A DNA stretch of 64,000 nucleotides from Candidatus Omnitrophota bacterium (GTDB lineage: Bacteria > Omnitrophota > Gorgyraeia > JABMRG01 > JAFGKX01), in assembly GCA_043797125.1 (NCBI GenBank), contig JAZDPX010000033.1, positions 34,527 to 98,526 of the forward strand. Reading direction: 5' to 3'. Under the pieces are notes generated by a model, which made no database searches, was not told the DNA's origin, and saw nothing but the letters and a program-made list of their open reading frames with translations. Made by a program: the position numbers and the translations under genes. Below are positions 58,477 through 64,000 of the stretch, one piece after another; the stretch's first letter is position 1; each line of letters starts with the position of its first letter.

Positions 58477-59187
58477 TTAATCCCTATGCAGTTTTTTAAT
58501 CTTTATCAGATCAATAAACATGCTGACTGAACTTGCAACTGCCCTTACCTTGCTTTGAGGCGAATTATTCCACACAACCCCCGCCTCTTTAACCTTATAA
58601 CCTTTTAACTTTGCCAGGTACAATAACTCAACATCAAAACAAAAACTGTCTATTTTAAGAAGCAATGCGAGCCTTCTGGCAGCGTCCCCTTTGAAGAGTT
58701 TAAAACCGCACTGCGTATCATTAAATTCCTCAAGAAGAAATAATTTAACAAAGGCGTTAAATACCTTTCCCATCCTTTCCCTATACCATGGCTGATGAAT
58801 CCTAACGTCTGAGTCTATAGCGCTGCGCGAACCGATAACAATATCATAGCCTTCGGACATGACGCCAAGGAGCTTGTCTAATTCTTCAATAGGCGTAGAC
58901 AGGTCTGCGTCGGTAAACAAGACATACTCCCCTTTTGTTGCTAAAATCCCTCTTTTGACAGAAAAGCCCTTGCCTACATTTATCCAGTTTTTTATTACGC
59001 AAAGATTCCCTTCCGTAAATAACGAACTTCCCTGAGCTTCAACAACGGTTTTGTCCGCGCTGCCATCATCCACAACAATGACTTCATAATCAAAGCCTTT
59101 GGCGCGCAAAAAATCGTATATATTGGATAGGGTCGCCTTTATGCGCTTTTCTTCGTTATATGCGGGTATTACGATTGATAAGTACAT
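58477..59187 (-). CDS. Dolichyl/polyprenyl-phosphate glycosyltransferase (GT2, DPG synthase-like)
   Basis: VIPAYNEE.RI, GKG..V..G, TDADLSTP, DTQCGFKLF, FDVELL motifs. Confidence 0.92.
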   Translation of the reverse strand: MYLSIVIPAYNEEKRIKATLSNIYDFLRAKGFDYEVIVVDDGSADKTVVEAQGSSLFTEGNLCVIKNWINVGKGFSVKRGILATKGEYVLFTDADLSTPIEELDKLLGVMSEGYDIVIGSRSAIDSDVRIHQPWYRERMGKVFNAFVKLFLLEEFNDTQCGFKLFKGDAARRLALLLKIDSFCFDVELLYLAKLKGYKVKEAGVVWNNSPQSKVRAVASSVSMFIDLIKIKKLHRD

Positions 59188-59219
59188 GGTTCATTGTTCA
59201 TTGTTCATGGTTCGTTGAT
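59185..59219. repeat. 7-mer tandem repeat (CATKGTT x4-5) spanning a gene junction
   Basis: CATGGTT CATTGTT CATTGTT CATGGTT CGTTGAT; contains the upstream stop and the downstream ATG. Confidence 0.75.
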
Positions 59220-60154
59220 TGTAACTGCTTGCGTCTTTTATTCCTGTAAAGATACAGCGCCTTTATGAAACCTCTTATTAGCCCCCAGCCGTAAGAAAAG
59301 TGTATGACAAAAAATATCAAAGGAAAGACAATCGCCCCTGCCGGGCTTTTATTTTTTGCGGATTCTACGATACCGCCGAAAATTATAAAGGCCAGATAGC
59401 ACAGCGCCGGGACAGCAGCAGGCTTATACAATACGAGTAACATCGGCAAAAAACTCATGTATATGGAAAAAAGCGCCACCAAAATAAATTCGAGCTCTAT
59501 GTGCGGCTTTTCCTGCACAATTATTTCTTTTTGCGGCCTTGTTATGCCGTATTTAAATATCTGCCTTGCAAATGACCATAAGTCTTTTCTTCGTTTATGG
59601 TATATGACCACATCTGAAGATTTCGCTATCTTAAAACCAGCTGCCTGCGCCCTTGAAAAAAACTCTCTTTCCTCTGCGGGGTATAAAAAGGGGTGAAAAT
59701 ATCCTATTTTCTCAAAAACCTCCCTTTTTACAAAACAATTGGCGCTTGTAATATCAAATTCCGTGGCATTAAAATTTATATCGCCCCTTTTATAACGATT
59801 GCTGATCTTAAAAGTCCCGAAGCCTGATGCCAATGCTATGCCTGAAAGCTTTGCAAAAAATTCATCTGTCTTTGGCGTAAGCTGCGGCCCGCCAAGAATA
59901 TCATAACCATGATAGGCCTTAAAAAAATTATCCGCCTTATCCAAGAGGTCTTTTTCAAAAATTGCCTCGTCGTCCAGCAGCAGCATGATTTCGCCTTTTG
60001 ACCTCTTAATGGCCTTGTTTCTGTTCTTTGACGGATTTTTGCCTTCCTCTATTATAACCTCAAAGGCGCCTTTAGGATAATCAAGCCTGGCAATGGAATC
60101 TTTCACCTCAACTTTTCTTCCCGGGCCTACCGGTATTATCAATGAGTATCTCAT
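59198..60154 (-). CDS. Glycosyltransferase family 2 with C-terminal TMs
   Basis: RNKAI..SKGE..LLDD, GGP, AEE.E, Q..KYG..R, H..YG.G motifs. Confidence 0.85.
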   Translation of the reverse strand: MRYSLIIPVGPGRKVEVKDSIARLDYPKGAFEVIIEEGKNPSKNRNKAIKRSKGEIMLLLDDEAIFEKDLLDKADNFFKAYHGYDILGGPQLTPKTDEFFAKLSGIALASGFGTFKISNRYKRGDINFNATEFDITSANCFVKREVFEKIGYFHPFLYPAEEREFFSRAQAAGFKIAKSSDVVIYHKRRKDLWSFARQIFKYGITRPQKEIIVQEKPHIELEFILVALFSIYMSFLPMLLVLYKPAAVPALCYLAFIIFGGIVESAKNKSPAGAIVFPLIFFVIHFSYGWGLIRGFIKALYLYRNKRRKQLQSTNHEQ

Positions 60155-61530
60155 TTGAATTTTATCTTATATAGGGCGATCCTATCAGAGACGCTTATCG
60201 GGGCGTAGTCAAAATTATACGTCAAAGATGTTTCTTCAAGAAACCGAGGCTGCATTACGCAATAGGCATCGTGAATGCCTTCGTTAACAATTCTATCGTA
60301 CGATTGCCTGCTGAGAATTTCGGCAAAATCGCAGTAGAATGTCTCGCAATAACTTATGCCGTATAAATACACCTTCTCGCCTTTTAAGTGCAGCTTTCTT
60401 GCGTAACCCGAGACCTCTTTAACCTCAGGATTGAAATCCAGTTTGAATGCCCACGATATCGGAACCTGAATAACCATGCCAATTAATATAACGGCTAAAA
60501 GAATCCTAAAGGCCATGCCTTTAAAAAATCTTTCCACAAACAGGGCTGATGAAAGCGCAAGCGCCGGGTAAATAGGCATTATATACCAATGCAGTTTTGT
60601 TTTTACTGCCGTATACAATACGTATGTTGCCGTTATCCAGCAGCATAATAAAAGAGCTTTTTTATCTTTGTGCCTTATTGCCTGCCATAAAACATAAAAT
60701 ACGGATAAATACATAAGGATAGACCATGGTTTATTTTTATTAAAAATTGCCTTCTGGTAAAAATTCAGGCCTCCTGTATGCTCCTGAATACCGTGCGCCG
60801 CCCTTTGAAATATATGGAGCCCGAAATATTCTTTTATAGCCTGCGGCCCGATATAAATATACTGAAGCAAATGCCAGCCGAATATAATCGCAAAACCAAC
60901 TAATATCCCTGCGATAAAATGCTTTTTGAATAAATAACGCCAATTGCCGGAAACGATGCAATACAGAAAAATTATTATAGGCCCAAGAAATGCGGCAAAG
61001 CCCTTCATGAGATACGCCAGGCCCAATACAGCGCCGGAATAAAACAGGTATTTATGATTATTCTCGCCCTTCCAGAAAAAATAAATCATTAATAAGATAA
61101 AAAAGGCCATAGCGACATCCATGGTGCCTGCCTTGCTAAAATGCTCAAAATGAGGCGTTGCCAAAAGTAAAAGCGGCGCGATAATGGCGGATCTGGCGGC
61201 GCCGAACATCTTAATAAAAATATATACAAGCATTATTGCGGCAATTCCGAAAAGCCCGGAAGTCAAGCGCGTAGAAAACTCGGTTCTGCCAAATATCTTA
61301 TAAAAACATGTTGTCGCCCACATGTACAGCGGCGGTTTATCAAACCAGGGGTCATTAATATAATGAAGCTTGACCCAGTTACCGCCATTGAGCATGTTCG
61401 TGGATATATTTGCGTATATTGCCTCATCCCACGTGGATAAACTGCCTGTGCCTATATTCCCAAGGATATATATCGAGGCAAATATTAACAATAACCAGAA
61501 CACTTTATCTTTAAAAATAGATTCTTTCAT
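60151..61530 (-). CDS. ArnT/PMT-like GT-C glycosyltransferase
   Basis: WDEAIY, FDKPPLY.W, EFS.RL, KG, TKLHWYIMPIYP. Start set at MKESI, downstream of the repeat. Confidence 0.9.
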   Translation of the reverse strand: MKESIFKDKVFWLLLIFASIYILGNIGTGSLSTWDEAIYANISTNMLNGGNWVKLHYINDPWFDKPPLYMWATTCFYKIFGRTEFSTRLTSGLFGIAAIMLVYIFIKMFGAARSAIIAPLLLLATPHFEHFSKAGTMDVAMAFFILLMIYFFWKGENNHKYLFYSGAVLGLAYLMKGFAAFLGPIIIFLYCIVSGNWRYLFKKHFIAGILVGFAIIFGWHLLQYIYIGPQAIKEYFGLHIFQRAAHGIQEHTGGLNFYQKAIFNKNKPWSILMYLSVFYVLWQAIRHKDKKALLLCCWITATYVLYTAVKTKLHWYIMPIYPALALSSALFVERFFKGMAFRILLAVILIGMVIQVPISWAFKLDFNPEVKEVSGYARKLHLKGEKVYLYGISYCETFYCDFAEILSRQSYDRIVNEGIHDAYCVMQPRFLEETSLTYNFDYAPISVSDRIALYKIKFK

Positions 61531-61533
61531 TAT

Positions 61534-61570
61534 ATCGACCATCGACCATCGACTATCGACTATCGACTAT
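61534..61570. repeat. 7-mer tandem repeat (ATCGACY x5)
   Basis: ATCGACC ATCGACC ATCGACT ATCGACT ATCGACT AT; contains the stop codon of the LexA-like gene. Confidence 0.9.
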
Positions 61571-61780
61571 TTTAATGCTTCTATGTTTATTCAATATCCG
61601 CTGTATGTAACCTTTTTTTTCAAGCGCAAGAAGTTTGTCAACCGCAGATTTATATGAAACTATCCCGCAAGACTCTTGAATCTCGCGTATATAAGGAGCC
61701 TTGTTGTTCTGCGCCATATAGCGCTTGATAAAATCATACACGGCCTTTTGTTTTTTTGTAAGCTTTGCCAATTCCATCAT
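61553..61780 (-). CDS. Stand-alone LexA-type winged-helix DNA-binding domain protein (75 aa)
   Basis: LTKKQ..VYDFI....P..REI..GI.S...L.ALEKKGYI.R...RSI matches the LexA N-terminal domain; no peptidase domain follows. Confidence 0.85.
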   Translation of the reverse strand: MMELAKLTKKQKAVYDFIKRYMAQNNKAPYIREIQESCGIVSYKSAVDKLLALEKKGYIQRILNKHRSIKIVDSR

Positions 61781-62898
61781 GCCAGCCCTCTTTTCTTTAA
61801 TTCTTCCATTGCGTCGGATATTTTATCTTCGCAACTCTGCTGCCTGACCCAATTGATCAAATCGTTCATTCCTTCTTCAAAACTAACCGACGGGGTAAAC
61901 TTCAGCATCTTTTTGATTTTGGTTATATCCGCGAAACAATGCCTGATATCGCCCTGCCTGAATTTATTCTTTATCTCTGGAAGCAGCCCCTTGGAGGGAT
62001 TGATCTTTCTAATAAGTATCTTGGCTATCTCTAATATGTTGATGCTTTTGCCGGTTCCAACATTGAAAACATTGTAATCCGCCCGCTCTTTTGTCATGGC
62101 TAAAACGTTCGCTTTTAATATATCTTTTATATGAATAAAATCCCTGCTTTGCAATCCGTCTTCAAATATAATGGGTTTATTGCCATTTAAAATGCGCGCG
62201 GAAAATATCGCGCACACACCGGTATACGGATTGGACAGCGCCTGCCTTGGCCCGTAAACATTAAAATACCTCAAAGCAACAACAGGTATCTTGTACGCGT
62301 TGCCTATTGCTAAAAACATCTCTTCATGATCCCTCTTGCCTATTGCGTATATGGATGTCGGGGAAAGCGTCTTTGCCTCATCCGTAGCTACAGCCTTCGC
62401 TTTTGTCCCGCATAGAGGACAGAGCATTTCCCATTTTTTTTGCTTAAGCTGTTTTTGCGGCCTTAACTGCGGGTATATATTTGAGCATTTTTTACAGTTG
62501 TATTTACCTTCGCCATAGATAGACATGGATGAGGCAACTATCATTTTCTTGATATTGTGCTTTTCATTAGCCAGTACATCCAACATGGTTGCAGCCCCAA
62601 GCGAATTGCCCTGCGTATACCTTGCAATTTCATACATAGACTGGCCTACCCCGACAAGCGCTGCCTGATGAAATAATATATCCACGCCCTTAATCGCCTT
62701 TTTGAATGCGTCTCTATCCAGAATATCCGCATTAATAAATTCGGCATCCCTGTTTAAATATCCGGGCGCAAGTCTGGCCACGCCGTGCACCTGCGGCTGC
62801 AGGTTGTCATATATTTTAACGCTATGGCCCTGGTTTACAAGTTCATCAACCAAATGAGAGCCTATGAAGCCTGCGCCGCCCGTAACGAGTATTTTCAT
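61777..62898 (-). CDS. NAD-dependent epimerase/dehydratase (extended SDR with CxxC insert)
   Basis: TGGAGFIGSHL, ASSMSIYGEG, CKKC..CPLC, YAIGK, LRYFNVYGP, NPYTGV motifs. Confidence 0.92.
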   Translation of the reverse strand: MKILVTGGAGFIGSHLVDELVNQGHSVKIYDNLQPQVHGVARLAPGYLNRDAEFINADILDRDAFKKAIKGVDILFHQAALVGVGQSMYEIARYTQGNSLGAATMLDVLANEKHNIKKMIVASSMSIYGEGKYNCKKCSNIYPQLRPQKQLKQKKWEMLCPLCGTKAKAVATDEAKTLSPTSIYAIGKRDHEEMFLAIGNAYKIPVVALRYFNVYGPRQALSNPYTGVCAIFSARILNGNKPIIFEDGLQSRDFIHIKDILKANVLAMTKERADYNVFNVGTGKSINILEIAKILIRKINPSKGLLPEIKNKFRQGDIRHCFADITKIKKMLKFTPSVSFEEGMNDLINWVRQQSCEDKISDAMEELKKRGLA

Positions 62899-62911
62899 AA
62901 AAACTCCTAAC

Positions 62912-62987
62912 TGGTTAATTGGTTAATTGGTTAATTGGTTAATTGGTTAATTAACCACTCACCACTCACCACTCACCAATTAACCAA
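62912..62987. repeat. Convergent tandem repeats: (TGGTTAAT)x5 followed by TMACCAC-type 7-mers
   Basis: Five perfect 8-mers at 62912-62951, then TAACCAC TCACCAC TCACCAC TCACCAA TTAACCAA; TGGTTAATTAACCA palindrome at the join. Confidence 0.9.
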
Positions 62988-63999
62988 ATATCTCTTTGTT
63001 TTCCTGCACCCAGCTAATAAGCCTAGTGATGCCCTCTTGTTTGGAAACCTTCGGTTTCCAACCCAATATATTTTGCGCTTTTGTTATATCACTGACGAAT
63101 ATTTTCTGATCCCCGGGGCGCCAAGGGGCATAATCTATTACCAGTTTTTTGTTCAACTTCTCCTCAAGCATAGATACCAGCTCAAGCAAAGATAACTGAT
63201 TAGCTACTGCGCCGCCTATATTAAATGCCATGCCTTTGACTCTATCGATGTTTTTACAGCTAAGATTAAAAGCCTCGATAAGATCGTCGATAAAGAGGAT
63301 ATCGCGAACCTGCTTGCCGTCTCCGTAAATAGTCAGCGGCCTATTCAACGCTGCGCAAATCGCAAAATGCGCGACCCAGCCCTGGTCCTCGTGACCCATC
63401 TGCCGCGGGCCATAGATACAGGACTGGCGCATCGTAACTGTATTTAAACCGTATATCCTGGCATAATCAACCATATACTGGTCTGCGCTCCCCTTTGAGC
63501 AACCGTACGGCGAATGGAAATCCAACTGCCTCGTCTCGGGAATACCGTTCTTTAAATCAGCGTATTGATATCTGCCATCCCTTTCCATAATCCTTAAATC
63601 CGTCATTTCTCCGTATACCTTATTTGTAGACGCATATATTATTACCGGGTTTATTTTAAGCTCGCGCACAACCTCTAATAAATTAAACGTGCCTATCGCA
63701 TTAATTTCAAAATCCTCTCGCGGTTCTGACACAGAGGTTGTCACAGCGACCTGAGCTGCCATATGATAAATAATATCCAACTTCTTATGCGCTGCTATGG
63801 CGCCTTTTAGCCCCTTATAGTTAACTATGTCCTGCTTGATAAACTCAGGTCTTCCCTGTTGTTTTAACCACTTCAAATTTTTTTCAGAACCCGGCCTTGA
63901 AAGGTTATCAATCACAATCACGCCATCGCCTTGTTTAATATGATGGTTTGCGATATTGCAGCCTATAAAACCTGCGCCTCCTGTAATGAGCACTTTCAT
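62980..63999 (-). CDS. rfbE: CDP-paratose 2-epimerase-like extended SDR
   Basis: TGGAGFIG.N, QVAVTTS, STNKVYG, SPYGCSKG, RQSCIYG, DQGWVA, RPGDQ motifs. Confidence 0.85.
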   Translation of the reverse strand: MKVLITGGAGFIGCNIANHHIKQGDGVIVIDNLSRPGSEKNLKWLKQQGRPEFIKQDIVNYKGLKGAIAAHKKLDIIYHMAAQVAVTTSVSEPREDFEINAIGTFNLLEVVRELKINPVIIYASTNKVYGEMTDLRIMERDGRYQYADLKNGIPETRQLDFHSPYGCSKGSADQYMVDYARIYGLNTVTMRQSCIYGPRQMGHEDQGWVAHFAICAALNRPLTIYGDGKQVRDILFIDDLIEAFNLSCKNIDRVKGMAFNIGGAVANQLSLLELVSMLEEKLNKKLVIDYAPWRPGDQKIFVSDITKAQNILGWKPKVSKQEGITRLISWVQENKEIFG

Positions 64000-64000
64000 G

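Noticed and set aside
61553-61780. Canonical SOS repressor lexA
   Set aside because: Only the DNA-binding domain is present; downstream sequence goes straight into a GT-C gene with no peptidase remnant that I could see.
61534-62987. Tandem repeats as a CRISPR array
   Set aside because: Units are 7-8 bp with no spacers, and there are no cas genes.
62935-63195. Plus-strand ORFs crossing the repeat arrays (MVNWLINHSPLTTHQL..., and 61370..61657 with STIDHRLSTID)
   Set aside because: They are translations of the repeat arrays running antisense to real genes.

Overview
The whole 64 kb is one co-oriented, minus-strand cell-surface glycan/glycolipid biosynthesis super-cluster of about 58 genes. Many start and stop codons overlap, and the cluster probably continues past both ends of the window. 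In transcription order (high to low coordinate) it has five parts. (i) Two nucleotide-sugar epimerases, a LexA-DNA-binding-domain-only protein, polyprenol-phosphate glycosyltransferases, three ArnT/PMT-like GT-C enzymes, YfhO, an MBOAT plus SGNH-like acylation pair, a membrane spermidine-synthase-like protein and a methyltransferase. (ii) After the longest intergenic gap (promoter-like, ~46.9-47.1 kb), nonulosonic-acid module A: NeuB, KdsC, SDR, aldehyde dehydrogenase, enolase-family dehydratase, PanE-like reductase, NeuA, fused transketolase, B12 radical SAM and a GT-B-like protein. (iii) An excisionase-type HTH gene, then module B: PseG-like, NeuB, two B12 radical SAMs, NeuA, LIC12162-type transferase, WbuX/HisH/HisF amidination trio and Wzx. 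(iv) A phosphonate cassette: PntC/LicC-like cytidylyltransferase, EamA, radical SAM/SPASM, PEP mutase fused to a nucleotidyltransferase domain, phosphonopyruvate decarboxylase and CDP-alcohol phosphotransferases, with no aminotransferase. (v) Further GT2/GT4/GT9 enzymes, another GT-C, methyltransferases, WecB and an acetyltransferase. Non-coding signals include 7/8-mer tandem repeats at gene junctions and inside a GT4, two REP-like palindromes, and two simple-sequence frameshifts in GT-C genes. No rRNA, tRNA, CRISPR array or transposase was seen. All functional calls come from motif recognition by eye, not database searches.
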